A stretch of DNA of 64,000 nucleotides from Demequina sp. (lineage in GTDB: Bacteria; Actinomycetota; Actinomycetes; Actinomycetales; Demequinaceae), in the NCBI RefSeq assembly GCF_016278765.1, contig NZ_JADQBE010000017.1, positions 15,313 through 79,312 on the forward strand. Reading direction: 5' to 3'. Of this stretch, positions 1 through 9,731 are shown one piece after another. The position numbers and the translations under genes were made by a program. The notes beneath the pieces are model-generated. The model worked only from the letters and a program-made list of their open reading frames with translations. It ran no database searches and had not been told where the DNA came from. Every line of letters begins with the position of its first letter. The stretch's first letter is position 1.

Positions 1-107
1 ACCACAGCGACTCCATCGCAAAGATGTACACGTGCAACAGGGCGGCCAGGCTCCGTATCGCGAGCGGGGAAGGATCCGCGCCTCCCGCGGGTTCAACTCC
101 TGTGCCC

Positions 108-1094
108 GTGAAACTCTCTGTCCTTGACCTTGCCCCGATCGCGCCGGGCGAATCTCCTGCCGACGCCCTCGCCCACACCGTGCGGATGGCCCGCGCCGCC
201 GACGAGGCGGGCTATGCGCGCGTCTGGTACGCCGAGCACCACAACATGCCCACCATCGCGTCGTCCGCCACGAGCGTGCTCATTGCACACGTGGCGGCGC
301 ACACCGAGCGCATCCGCGTGGGTGCGGGCGGCATCATGCTTCCCAACCACTCGCCGCTGACCATTGCGGAGCAGTTCGGCACGCTCGGCGCCCTGCACCC
401 CGGCCGCATCGACCTGGGGCTGGGCCGCGCTCCCGGCGGCGACCGCGCCGTTCTTGCGGCGCTACGCCGCTCCCCCACGGATTCCGATCGCTTCCCCGCC
501 GATGTGGTCGAGCTGCGCGACTATCTCGCCGGAGCCTCCCGCGTGCCCGGAGTGCAGTCCGTGCCCGCGGCATCGTCCGCCGATGCTGTGCCGCTGTACA
601 TCCTCGGCTCCTCCCTGTTCGGCGCCCAGCTCGCGGCCGCGCTGGGCCTGCCCTACGCCTTCGCCTCGCACTTCGCTCCGGCCGCCCTGCACGAGGCCGT
701 GCGCGTCTATCGCGACACCTTCCAGCCGTCCGATGCTCTCAGCGAGCCCTACGTGATCGCGGGCGTGAGCGTCTACGCAGACGGCGACGCCGACGCTGCG
801 GCCGCCCAGTTCGCCACCTCCCGCAGGCGCAGGGTGCGAGGCATGATCCAGCGCGGGCCGGGGGCCCGCGACTATTCGGATGACGAGATCGACGCATTCC
901 TGCTGAGCCCCGCCGGCCAGCAGATCGCGCAGATGGCCACGTACACGGCCGTGGGCACGCCCGAGGAGGTGCGCGAATACCTCGAGGCCTTCGCTCTCGA
1001 GGCGCGTGCCGACGAGCTCATCACCGTGCACGGCGCGCTGGACGCGGATGACCGCGAGCAGTCCCTGCGACTCACGGCCGCGACGGCCGCCTGA
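108..1094 (+). CDS. LLM-class (luciferase-like) flavin-dependent oxidoreductase
   Basis: ORF 24..1094. '[11 protein letters not shown]...[49 protein letters not shown]' is typical of luciferase-like monooxygenase family proteins. GTG at 108 gives the family-typical MKLSVLD-type N-terminus (~328 aa). The extension back to 24 looks like non-coding read-through. Confidence 0.8.
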   Translation: MKLSVLDLAPIAPGESPADALAHTVRMARAADEAGYARVWYAEHHNMPTIASSATSVLIAHVAAHTERIRVGAGGIMLPNHSPLTIAEQFGTLGALHPGRIDLGLGRAPGGDRAVLAALRRSPTDSDRFPADVVELRDYLAGASRVPGVQSVPAASSADAVPLYILGSSLFGAQLAAALGLPYAFASHFAPAALHEAVRVYRDTFQPSDALSEPYVIAGVSVYADGDADAAAAQFATSRRRRVRGMIQRGPGARDYSDDEIDAFLLSPAGQQIAQMATYTAVGTPEEVREYLEAFALEARADELITVHGALDADDREQSLRLTAATAA

Positions 1095-1097
1095 CGT

Positions 1098-2498
1098 CTA
1101 CGCCGCGCGCTCCGCGAGCACCTTGATGCCCAGCTTCATCTCTTCGGGTGGGAGGTAGAACGGCAGCCGGAAGCGATCAGCCCCGGTGCCGGGTAGTACC
1201 TCGAAGGCCGTTCCCGACGCCACCGGCGCACCCGCCTCCGCGGCGCGCGCGGCAAACCGCGCAGCCCCGCCATCGGGAAGCCTCACCCACAGGGCTGGCC
1301 CGCCGACAGGGCGCCGATACTCCCAGTCCAGCCCGTGCTCCTCGACCGCCTCATCCACCGCGTCGAGCGACTCCAACATCGAGGCGACGCGCCACGTCAG
1401 CGTCTCCTCGTAGTGCTCCGCCAGCAGCCGCGCGGCCACCCTCTGGAACAATGCGGGCGAGCCCAGGTCCATGGCCGCGCGCCGGTGCCGCAACTGAGCG
1501 GCCAGCGTGGCATTCGTATGCAACCAGCCGATGCGGAGGCCTCCCCAGAACACCTTGGACATGCCTCCCACCGTGATCACCGAGGCATCGGTGCCCATCG
1601 CCGCGAACGGCGTCAGGGCGCTGCCATCCAGCGCGAGGTCGCCGATCGTGCGGTCGTCGATCAGCGTGGTGCCCAGCGCGGCCGATGCCTCCAGCAGCAC
1701 GCGCGCGTCGTCGTCGCCGATCGCGGTGCCGGTGGGATTGTGAAACGTGGTCGTGTAGGCGAGATCGGGACGTGCGGCGCGTAGCAACTTGATCGAGCCC
1801 GCCACGTCCAGGCCGTCGGTTCCCATCGGCAAAGCGAGGGGTCGCGAGCCCGAGGCCTGCACCGCGTCGAACACCCCGGGGTACGTGACCGACTCGAGCG
1901 CGACGGGTCGCCGCGACGTGGCCAGCATCGTCACCGCGAGCCAGATCGCCTGCTGCGCTCCGGCCGTGATCACAACCTCCTCGGGCCGCGCCGGGATACC
2001 TTGGCGCCTGAGGTGCTGGGTCACGGCGAGCACCAGATCGCGATCCCCCAGCGCCGCGTAGCCGTTTCCCACCGCGGGCGAGCCGCCGAGAAAGCCGGGC
2101 AGGTCGCGCAGCGCCTCGGTCACCGCGGGCGCGGGAGGAGGCGACGCGGTGTTGAAGGCCACCACCGGCTGGCTCTCGCCCGTCAGAATCTGCACGAACC
2201 GCTCCTGGGGGCTGAGGCCGAGCACCCCGCGCGAGCTGACGCCCAGCGTGGGCGCCGCTCCGGGACGCACCTCAAGCCACCCCGCGTCCCGCAGCCGCTG
2301 GTACGCCGCCGTCACCGTGTTGCGCGACAGGTGCAGGTGGTCCGCGAGCGCGCGCTCGGAAGGCATGCGCGTGCCGTGCTCAAGCGAACCCGATTCGGCC
2401 AGAGACACGATCGCGTTGGCGAGTTGGACGTACAGGGGACCCGTGCCGGTCTGCCAGTGATCCAGCACGTCGGAGAGTTGTTCGGCCGTGGTGCGCAT
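1098..2498 (-). CDS. MocR/PdxR-like regulator (GntR-type HTH fused to an aminotransferase-like PLP domain)
   Basis: N-terminal winged HTH 'MPSERALADHLHLSRNTVTAAYQRLRDAGWLE' is followed by a ~350-aa class-I aminotransferase-like domain. The start is uncertain (ATG at 2498, 2510 or 2534). It is divergent from a PLP decarboxylase gene. Confidence 0.85.
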   Translation of the reverse strand: MRTTAEQLSDVLDHWQTGTGPLYVQLANAIVSLAESGSLEHGTRMPSERALADHLHLSRNTVTAAYQRLRDAGWLEVRPGAAPTLGVSSRGVLGLSPQERFVQILTGESQPVVAFNTASPPPAPAVTEALRDLPGFLGGSPAVGNGYAALGDRDLVLAVTQHLRRQGIPARPEEVVITAGAQQAIWLAVTMLATSRRPVALESVTYPGVFDAVQASGSRPLALPMGTDGLDVAGSIKLLRAARPDLAYTTTFHNPTGTAIGDDDARVLLEASAALGTTLIDDRTIGDLALDGSALTPFAAMGTDASVITVGGMSKVFWGGLRIGWLHTNATLAAQLRHRRAAMDLGSPALFQRVAARLLAEHYEETLTWRVASMLESLDAVDEAVEEHGLDWEYRRPVGGPALWVRLPDGGAARFAARAAEAGAPVASGTAFEVLPGTGADRFRLPFYLPPEEMKLGIKVLAERAA

Positions 2499-2517
2499 GT
2501 GGGCCAGCATGCCGCAA

Positions 2518-2579
2518 ACTGGCCCCCCACGCATAGTGCCACTGGCATCGGGGGCGGCACTGGATCAATGGGGCCAGTC
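2518..2579. promoter_or_regulatory. Candidate MocR operator / divergent promoter region (four ACTGGC-type hexamers)
   Basis: ACTGGC at 2518-2523 and 2541-2546, ACTGGA at 2559-2564, and inverted GCCAGT at 2574-2579. All lie within the ~100-bp gap between the MocR and decarboxylase starts. Confidence 0.3.
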
Positions 2580-2595
2580 CAGAAACCATAGGGGC

Positions 2596-4053
2596 ATGGC
2601 TACCGATCTGACTCAGGCACTCACCCACCCGGTCGCGCTCGCACGGTTGCGCGAGCGGATCGCCGTCACCACCGAAGCCGCGCGCAGGGCCGGCGGCTAC
2701 CTGGCCTCCGCGCCACACCGGCCCATCGCCCCCACGGACGGCGCCATTGCACGCCTCGACGCATTCCGACGCCCCCTCCAGGACTCGCCCCGCCAAGCCC
2801 ACGAGGTGCTGCGCGAGCTTGACGAGATCGGCTCGCCCGCCACCACCGTTCAGGCGATGGGCCGCTACTTCGGGTACGTCAATGGCGGCGTCGAACCGGC
2901 CGCAGCAGCCGCGGCGATCCTCGCCGGAGCGTGGGACCAAAACGTGGGATTGCCGTCGATGGCGCCCGCCGCGGCCGTGCTGGACGAGGTCGCGGCCGAA
3001 TGGATCGTGAACCTCCTGGGCCTGCCGGCGGAGGCCATCGCCACCTTCGCCGCGGGCGCCACGATGGCGAACTTCACCGGCATCGTCACCGCGCGGGACG
3101 CCCTGCTCGCCCGGGCCGGCTGGGACGTCAACGAGAACGGCCTTCTTGGTGCGCCGCCGATCCGGGTGATCGTGGGCGAGGAGGTTCACATCTCGGCGCT
3201 CAAGTCGCTGCGGCTCGCCGGACTCGCGCCGGGGCTCGTGGAGCGCGTGCCCGTAGACCAGCGTGGCGCGATCGACGCAGACTCCTTCCCCACCGACACC
3301 GACGCCCTCACCTTGGTGTTGCTGCAGGCGGGCAACGTCACGACCGGAGCGTCCGACCCGTTCGCCCGGATCATTCCGGGAGTACGCGAACGCGGCGGCT
3401 GGGTGCACGTCGACGGCGCGTTCGGGCTGTGGGCGGCCGCATCCCCGGCGCTGCGCGATCAGGTGGCGGGCGTCGAGTTGGCCGACTCCTGGGCCACGGA
3501 CGCCCACAAGTGGCTCAATGCCCCGTACGACTCTGGCGTCGTGACCGTGCGCGACGGCAACGACCTGTACCGCGCGATGGCAATGCACGCTCCCTACCTC
3601 GCGACCGCCGATGCGCGGCCGTTGATGCACCTGAGCCCCCACATGTCGCAGCGCGCCCGCGGGGTCGAGACGTGGGCGCTGCTCGCCGCCCGCGGTCGCA
3701 CGGGGATCGCAGAACTCGTGGAACATTCGTGTGCCATGACCACCCTGTTTGCCGAACTGCTGCGCGATGCGGGCGTGGACGTAGTGGTTTCGCCGTCACT
3801 CAACCAGGTGCCCGTCGCCTTCGGTCACGAGCCGGGGAGGGCCGGGGACGATGCGCTGACCGTCGCCGTCACGCAGGCCGTCCAGCGCGAGGGAACGCTG
3901 TGGGCCGGGGGAAGCGTGTGGAGGGGCCGGAAGATCTTGCGCATTTCCGTGTCCGATGCCGCCACCACGGCCGACGACGTGCGCGCCTCGGTCCGCGCCA
4001 TCATCGCGTGCTGGGAGGAGGTTCGCGCAGGCGCGATCGCCCCGCATCTGTGA
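2596..4053 (+). CDS. Pyridoxal-dependent (group II-like) amino-acid decarboxylase
   Basis: Carries the PLP-lysine motif 'SWATDAHKWLNAPYDSG'. ATG at 2596 ('MATDLTQAL') avoids overlap with the divergent MocR gene. The ORF-track start at 2488 is probably too far upstream. Confidence 0.8.
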   Translation: MATDLTQALTHPVALARLRERIAVTTEAARRAGGYLASAPHRPIAPTDGAIARLDAFRRPLQDSPRQAHEVLRELDEIGSPATTVQAMGRYFGYVNGGVEPAAAAAAILAGAWDQNVGLPSMAPAAAVLDEVAAEWIVNLLGLPAEAIATFAAGATMANFTGIVTARDALLARAGWDVNENGLLGAPPIRVIVGEEVHISALKSLRLAGLAPGLVERVPVDQRGAIDADSFPTDTDALTLVLLQAGNVTTGASDPFARIIPGVRERGGWVHVDGAFGLWAAASPALRDQVAGVELADSWATDAHKWLNAPYDSGVVTVRDGNDLYRAMAMHAPYLATADARPLMHLSPHMSQRARGVETWALLAARGRTGIAELVEHSCAMTTLFAELLRDAGVDVVVSPSLNQVPVAFGHEPGRAGDDALTVAVTQAVQREGTLWAGGSVWRGRKILRISVSDAATTADDVRASVRAIIACWEEVRAGAIAPHL

Positions 4054-4094
4054 GGGTCCACGGCATCGGCCCGCAACGACATTAGGCTGAGCCC

Positions 4095-5375
4095 ATGAGC
4101 ACGGGAACCGAGCGCGTCTATGTGGCGCGCCTCGCCGGTACCAACGTCTTCGATCCCCTTGGCGATGCGGTGGGACGCGTGCGCGACGTTGTGATCCTGA
4201 TGCGCCGGACGGGGGCCCCGAACGCCGTCGGCCTCGTGGTCGAGGTTCCGGGGCGTCGGCGCGTCTTTCTGCCTTTGACCAGGGTGACGTCGATTGCGCC
4301 CGGCCAGGTGATCTGCACGGGCGTTGTCAACCTCCGTCGGTTCCAGGCGCGCGCCTCCGAGACCCTTGCGGTCGCCGAGTTGTTCGAGCGCTCGGTCACG
4401 CTCAAAGAGGACAACTCAACGGCGTACATCGAGGACATCGCCATCGAGCGGGACCGGACCAAATCGTGGAATGTGTCCAAGCTGTATGTGCGCAAGACCG
4501 GGCGCCGCAAGGGCGTGCTGGGCTTCAGTCGCCGCGGTGAGGCCGTGGTCGTCGATGTCGACCAGGTCACGGGGCTCGCACAACGCGACAAGAACCAGGG
4601 CGCCGCACTTGTCATCCAGTCGTTCGTCGACCACAAGCCAGCCGACCTCGCCGCGGCGCTCATGGAGATGTCGCCGTCGCGGTCCGCCGAGATTGCGGCC
4701 GCCCTCGACGACGAACGGCTTGCCGACGTGCTGGAGGAACTTCCCGAAGAGGACCAGATCGCGCTCCTTGGCACCTTGCGGTCCGACCGCGCCGCGGACG
4801 TGCTCGAAGCCATGGATCCCGACGATGCTGCGGACCTTCTGGGAGACCTGCCCGAGTCCGAACGAGCGGCGCTGCTGGAGCTCATGAAGCCCGAGGACGC
4901 CAAGGCGGTGCGTCAACTGCTCACGTATGCGGATGACTCCGGCGGCGGCCTGATGACGACCGAGCCCGTCATCGTCGGGCCCGAGACCACCATCGCGACC
5001 TGCCTGGCGATGCTACGCAGGCAGGAGCTTCCCCCCGCTCTCGCTTCCATGGTGTTCGTGGTCCGGCCCCCTCTTGAGGCACCCACCGGCCGATTCATCG
5101 GCCTCGTGCATATTCAGAGGTTGCTGCGCGAAGCACCCCGCGACGCAGTCGGCAACTACGTGGACCCCGCAATCGCGCCCGTCGAACCGACGGATCACCT
5201 GTCGGAGATCGCGCGCCGCATGGCCGCGTACGACATCCTCGCCCTGCCCGTTGTCGACCCCGACCACCACCTGGTGGGCGCGATCTCGATCGACGACGTG
5301 CTCGACCACCTCCTGCCCAGCGACTGGCGCGAACACTTCGACGACGACCAAAATGCGGACGGCACTCATGGCTGA
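4095..5375 (+). CDS. Soluble MgtE-N-domain / CBS-pair protein (no membrane domain)
   Basis: Acidic helical MgtE_N-like repeat 'LEELPEEDQIALLGTLRSDRAADVLEAMDPDDAADLLGDLPESERAALLELMKPEDA' is followed by two CBS-like modules. No hydrophobic C-terminal segment is present. Confidence 0.8.
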   Translation: MSTGTERVYVARLAGTNVFDPLGDAVGRVRDVVILMRRTGAPNAVGLVVEVPGRRRVFLPLTRVTSIAPGQVICTGVVNLRRFQARASETLAVAELFERSVTLKEDNSTAYIEDIAIERDRTKSWNVSKLYVRKTGRRKGVLGFSRRGEAVVVDVDQVTGLAQRDKNQGAALVIQSFVDHKPADLAAALMEMSPSRSAEIAAALDDERLADVLEELPEEDQIALLGTLRSDRAADVLEAMDPDDAADLLGDLPESERAALLELMKPEDAKAVRQLLTYADDSGGGLMTTEPVIVGPETTIATCLAMLRRQELPPALASMVFVVRPPLEAPTGRFIGLVHIQRLLREAPRDAVGNYVDPAIAPVEPTDHLSEIARRMAAYDILALPVVDPDHHLVGAISIDDVLDHLLPSDWREHFDDDQNADGTHG

Positions 5376-5877
5376 GCGCAGGCTCGATCGTCCCAAGGGC
5401 GAGCGGCGGGGCTTTGGCATCCCTCGGCGCCAGGGCACCGACCGCTTTGGCCGCATCTCCGAGGGCATCGCCCGTTTTCTTGGCACGCCTCGATTCCTCG
5501 TCTATCTGACGGTCTTTGTCATCATCTGGTTGATCTGGAACACCTGGGCACCCACCGGACTGCGATTCGACTCCGCGTCAAACGGCTACACCGCACTGAC
5601 ACTGATGCTGTCGCTCCAAGCCTCCTACGCCGCCCCATTGATCCTGTTGGCGCAGAACCGCCAGGACGACCGCGACCGTGTGGCCGCCGAACAGGACCGA
5701 CAGCGCGCGGAGCGCTCGCTCGCGGACACCGAGTATCTGGCCCGCGAGGTCGCCGCGCTGCGCCAGGCGATCAACGAGACGGCCACCCGCGACTTTGTGC
5801 GTTCGGAACTGCGTGCGCTCCTTGATGAGTTGCGAGCGGACGACCGTGATCGCGGCGAGGAAGCGAACGCCGAGTAA
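5368..5877 (+). CDS. DUF1003-family membrane protein
   Basis: ATG at 5368 overlaps the upstream stop (ATGGCTGA). 'FGRISEGIARFLGTPRFLVYLTVFVIIWLIWN...LTLMLSLQASYAAPLILLAQNRQDDRDR' matches the DUF1003 pattern of two TM helices plus a C-terminal coiled coil. Confidence 0.7.
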   Translation: MAERRLDRPKGERRGFGIPRRQGTDRFGRISEGIARFLGTPRFLVYLTVFVIIWLIWNTWAPTGLRFDSASNGYTALTLMLSLQASYAAPLILLAQNRQDDRDRVAAEQDRQRAERSLADTEYLAREVAALRQAINETATRDFVRSELRALLDELRADDRDRGEEANAE

Positions 5878-6028
5878 CGACCGTCCGGCGCGCCAGGCTA
5901 GGACATGGTGCGGGTGGGCCCCGTTCTTCCCCCTCGAGCCTGAACGTCCTCCGTTTCACGGGTATGTGGGTGACTTCGCGTGCTCCAGCGGTGGCCGGCG
6001 GACGAACCGGCCCGCAAGCGTGCCTACG

Positions 6029-7165
6029 ATGGGTTCTATGCCTGTTATCGAAGCCCTCCAAGCCGCGCTCTCCAAAGTCATCGACCCCGAGATCCGAAGG
6101 CCGATCACCGAGATCGGCATGGTGCGTAGCATCGACGTCGACTCAGACGGGGTCGCTGTCATCGGGATCGACCTGACCATTTCCGGTTGCCCCATGCGCG
6201 AGCGCATCACGCGCGACGTCGAGGCGGCGGCAAGTGCGGTCGAGAGCGTGACCGACGTGCGAGTCGAGCTGGGTGTCATGACGGACGAGCAACGCGAAGG
6301 GTTGAAGACGGCGCTGCGCGGCGGCAAGCCCGAGCCGGTGATCCCGTTCACCCAGCCGGGGAACATGACCCGCATATACGCGATCGCCTCCGGCAAAGGC
6401 GGCGTCGGCAAGTCCACCGTGACCGCGAACCTTGCCGCAGCCATGTCCGCCGACGGCCTCAAGGTGGGAGTGCTCGATGCGGACATCTTCGGGTTCTCCA
6501 TTCCCGGCATGCTCGGGATCACCGACCAGCCGACGCGTCTCGACGACATGCTGCTCCCGCCGATCGCGCACGAGGTCAAGGCCGTCAGCATCGGCATGTT
6601 CGTCCCCCCGGGCCAGCCGGTGGTGTGGCGCGGCCCGATGCTCCACCGGGCTCTGGAACAGTTCCTGGCCGACGTCTTCTGGGGCGACCTCGACGTGCTG
6701 CTGCTGGACCTGCCTCCCGGCACCGGAGACATCGCCATCTCGGTGGCGCAATTGCTTCCTCACGCGGAACTCGTGGTGGTGACCACGCCGCAGGTTGCCG
6801 CGGCCGAGGTGGCAGAACGCGCCGGTTCGATCGCGACCCAGACGTCCCAGTCCGTGGTGGGTGTCATCGAGAACATGGCATGGCTCGATCAGCCCGACGG
6901 CAGTCGCCTGCACCTGTTCGGCGAGGGAGGCGGGCAGCGGGTGGCGGATCGTCTCAGCGAGACCCTGGGCACCACAGTGCCGCTCCTTGGCCAGATCCCG
7001 CTCGACATGAGCGCGCGCGTGGGCGGCGACGAGGGCACGCCCGTGGTCATCTCGAACCCCGAGTCGCCCGCCGCCGTCGCCATGCGTCGGATGGCGACGA
7101 CTCTGGGCGCGCGTCAGCGCGGTCTTGCCGGGCGGTCGCTCGGCGTGACCCCGGTCGCCCGCTAA
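6029..7165 (+). CDS. mrp: Mrp/NBP35 (ApbC) family Fe-S cluster carrier ATPase
   Basis: N-terminal DUF59-like 'VIDPEIRRPITEIGMV' and deviant Walker A 'ASGKGGVGKSTVTANLA'. ATG at 6029 or 6038. The ORF-track extension from 5678 overlaps the DUF1003 gene. Confidence 0.9.
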   Translation: MGSMPVIEALQAALSKVIDPEIRRPITEIGMVRSIDVDSDGVAVIGIDLTISGCPMRERITRDVEAAASAVESVTDVRVELGVMTDEQREGLKTALRGGKPEPVIPFTQPGNMTRIYAIASGKGGVGKSTVTANLAAAMSADGLKVGVLDADIFGFSIPGMLGITDQPTRLDDMLLPPIAHEVKAVSIGMFVPPGQPVVWRGPMLHRALEQFLADVFWGDLDVLLLDLPPGTGDIAISVAQLLPHAELVVVTTPQVAAAEVAERAGSIATQTSQSVVGVIENMAWLDQPDGSRLHLFGEGGGQRVADRLSETLGTTVPLLGQIPLDMSARVGGDEGTPVVISNPESPAAVAMRRMATTLGARQRGLAGRSLGVTPVAR

Positions 7166-7171
7166 GCCACG

Positions 7172-7741
7172 TTACGCGGCCGGGTCGCCCGACGTGCCGT
7201 GTCTGTCGCCACGCGGGCCCCACCCCGCGATGATCGCGGCAATCAGCCCGCACACCACGGCGCCGGTCGAAATGGCCGGAGTGGCCATCGCTCCCACAAG
7301 GGCGTCATCCCACCCAAGTCCGGACGTGAGTCCGCCGCCGAGGGGCCCCGCAAGGTCTCCCAGATTTCCGATCTGCTGGTTGACCAATCCGGTGCCGGCG
7401 AGCACGTGTACGCCGATGGCGGTCAGCCCGAATGCGGTGAGTTGGGGCGCGAGACCCCGGCGCTCGCTCAGGTAGCGCACCGTGAAGCCCACCGCGGCGG
7501 CCTCGGCAAGCCCGAGCAGCGCAAGGGCAAGCAAGAGTTGGGAGTCGGGTACCAGCACGGACAGCAACGCACCCAGCACCAGCGCCACCACCAACCCGCC
7601 CAGCACGGCACCCATGCGATTGCCACGCAGGCGCCCCAACACGGACGGTGGGGGCTGTACGGCCGACTCGGGGGTGGGTTGTGGTTCGGGGGTCGGCTGT
7701 GATTCGGGGCTGGAGGAGGGTTTCGTCTTGCGGGCGGCCAT
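7172..7741 (-). CDS. Hypothetical membrane protein with Pro/Glu-rich N-terminus
   Basis: 189-aa ORF. 'PTPEPQPTPES' low-complexity head is followed by about four hydrophobic helices. No recognisable family. Confidence 0.5.
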   Translation of the reverse strand: MAARKTKPSSSPESQPTPEPQPTPESAVQPPPSVLGRLRGNRMGAVLGGLVVALVLGALLSVLVPDSQLLLALALLGLAEAAAVGFTVRYLSERRGLAPQLTAFGLTAIGVHVLAGTGLVNQQIGNLGDLAGPLGGGLTSGLGWDDALVGAMATPAISTGAVVCGLIAAIIAGWGPRGDRHGTSGDPAA

Positions 7742-7831
7742 GTCTTAGCTCCTTGAGTGGGCGGCGATTCCTCTCTCATCATGGCATGTTCTGGGCCACG
7801 CGAGGCGTTGAGGGTTTGGCATGATGGGCGC

Positions 7832-8911
7832 ATGTCTGTGTCGCCGGATCCCTCGGCACCGCGCTGGATGGAGGCGTGGTCTCAAAACGAGGGTGAACGT
7901 CGGACCCGCGCCCAGTTGCGGCAGGCGTTGGGGGTTGATGCCCAGCATGTGTGGTCGGCGCCCGGGCTGCTGAACATCATCGGCGAGTACACGGACATCA
8001 GCGATGGCGTGGCGTTGCCAACGCCCCTCCCGCACCGCACCTTCGCGGCCGCGGCGCCACGCACCGACAACGTGGTGCGGATCAGCACTGACCCCCCCCC
8101 CCGATGACACGGGGGAACACCCTGACCACATGGGTGGGAGCCTCGACTCGCTGCGAGCGTTGGCCAGCCAGAATGACTGGGTTGCCTACCCGGCCGGGGT
8201 GCTGTGGGCACTGCTTGAACACGGGTATTCCGGCGCGGGCACGGACATTGCTTTCGCGTCCTGCGTGCCCCGCTCCGCCGGTCTCAGTTCATCCGCCGCA
8301 CTTACGGCCGCAACCGCGCTCGCCGCAAATGGGTTGTGGGGGTCTTGCCCTCAAGACCAACATCGCCGCAGTCGAACTCGCGCAGGTGTGCATGGACGCG
8401 TCGAACGACGTGGCTGGCGGCTTCACCGCGGGACTGGGCCCGCACGCTATCTTGCGCAGCTCTCCTGGACAGGCGCTTCACCTCGATTTCGCGGCGAGCC
8501 CTCCTGCCGCGACCGCGTGTCCACTGACCTTCCACGAATATGGGTTGGGTCTGCTCGTTGTCGACACCCACGTCCCACACCCGGATGAGGCGGCTGTCAT
8601 TCGGCAACGGATGGCCGAGACGCACCAAGCTGTCGCGGCACTGGACGTAGCGAGTATTGGCGCCATGCAGGGCGATGTACCGTTCGCACGCGTCCCTCGA
8701 GGTCGACTTCGACGTCAGCAACGACGCCCTTAATCTCGCCGTGGACGTCGCGTTCAACGCGGGTGCACTGGGCGCCCGGCTCGCGGGTTCGGGCCGCGGC
8801 GGATCCGTCGTGGCTTTGATTCGACACACACAGGCGGCCAGCACGGCGCAGTTGATCGACGAGGTCTTCCGCGAGGAGGGCTTCCCTCGCCCCAGCTTCG
8901 CACTCATCTAG
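7832..8911 (+). pseudogene. galK: Galactokinase (GHMP kinase) pseudogene, multiply frameshifted
   Basis: GalK-like segments occur in frames 2->0->1->2: 'WSAPGLLNIIGEYTDISDGVALP' (cf. APGRVNLIGEHTDY), 'PRSAGLSSSAALTAA' (GHMP motif), 'ELAQVCMDASNDVAG', and 'RAMYRSHASLEVDFDVS...GALGARLAGSGRGGSVVALI'. Breaks fall at a C11 run (8092-8102), a G5 run (8338-8342) and an out-of-frame deletion near 8655-8670. Confidence 0.75.
8092..8102. repeat. Homopolymeric C11 tract at the first galK frameshift
   Basis: Counted directly: 'actga' + 11 C + 'gatgac'. A 10-C tract would restore the reading frame (..RISTDPPPDDTGEH..). Confidence 0.95.
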
Positions 8912-8921
8912 ACATGGGGCG

Positions 8922-9731
8922 CTACCGCGCGCCCAGCGCGTAGTCGACCACCAGGGGCGCGTGGTCCGACCATCGGGCGCCCCACGAGGCCGCGCGGTCC
9001 ACCCGCGCCGCGGATGCGGAGGCCGCCATCTGGGGCGTCGCGTACTGATAGTCGATGCGCCAGCCGGTGTCCGTATCGAAAGCCTTCCCCCGCATCGACC
9101 ACCAGGTGTAGGGGCCGTCTTGCTCCCCCACGAGCGTGCGGTGGGTGTCGACCCAACCGGCCTCGATCCATCGGTCCAGGTAGGCGCGCTCCTCCGGCAG
9201 GAAGCCCGCCGACTTGAGGTTTCCCTTCCAGTTCCTGATGTCGCGCTGAGTGTGTGCGGTGTTGATGTCGCCCATCACCACCACGCGCTCATGCTCGGCC
9301 GCGAGCGCCGCCATGCGGGCGGTCATGAGGTCCAAGAACTCGAATTTTGCCTCCATCTTGGGCGTGCCCACCTCGCCGGAGTGGACGTACACCGAGACGA
9401 CGCGCACCGGACCGTCGGCGGACGGCACCGTGGCCTCGACCCAGCGGCCGGTATGGGCAGGATCGGTCGCCGCCTCGCCCAGTGCCTCGGCCCCTACACG
9501 CACGTCCGTGAGCGGCTCTCGCGACAGAATCGCTACGCCGGCACGGCCCTTGATCTCGCACGCCTGCTGGGCGACGTTCCAGCCCGCCGCGAAGGCGTCC
9601 TGGACAATCTCCTCCGGGGCGCGCACCTCTTGGAGGCACACCACATCGGCGTCCGCCGCGTCGAGCCACTCCTGCATGCCCTTGCGCAGGGCGGCGCGCA
9701 CCCCGTTGACGTTGACGGTGACGATCCTCAC
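8922..9731 (-). CDS. xthA: Exodeoxyribonuclease III
   Basis: '[19 protein letters not shown]...VVCLQEVR...[11 protein letters not shown]'. GTG at 9731 overlaps the folD stop by 4 nt (GTGA). The ORF-track start at 9833 lies inside folD. Confidence 0.85.
   Translation of the reverse strand: MRIVTVNVNGVRAALRKGMQEWLDAADADVVCLQEVRAPEEIVQDAFAAGWNVAQQACEIKGRAGVAILSREPLTDVRVGAEALGEAATDPAHTGRWVEATVPSADGPVRVVSVYVHSGEVGTPKMEAKFEFLDLMTARMAALAAEHERVVVMGDINTAHTQRDIRNWKGNLKSAGFLPEERAYLDRWIEAGWVDTHRTLVGEQDGPYTWWSMRGKAFDTDTGWRIDYQYATPQMAASASAARVDRAASWGARWSDHAPLVVDYALGAR

Noticed and set aside
2380-3726. 448-aa ORF on the minus strand
   Set aside because: It is antisense to the PLP-decarboxylase gene, which carries a clear DAHKW PLP motif. 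Its composition is Arg/Gly/Pro/Val junk and no domain is recognisable.
5678-6028. Upstream extension of the mrp ORF, and 5074..5367 extension of the DUF1003 ORF
   Set aside because: Both extensions overlap the preceding, well-supported genes in another frame and are Arg/Ser/Thr/Pro-rich. Internal ATGs give family-typical N-termini.
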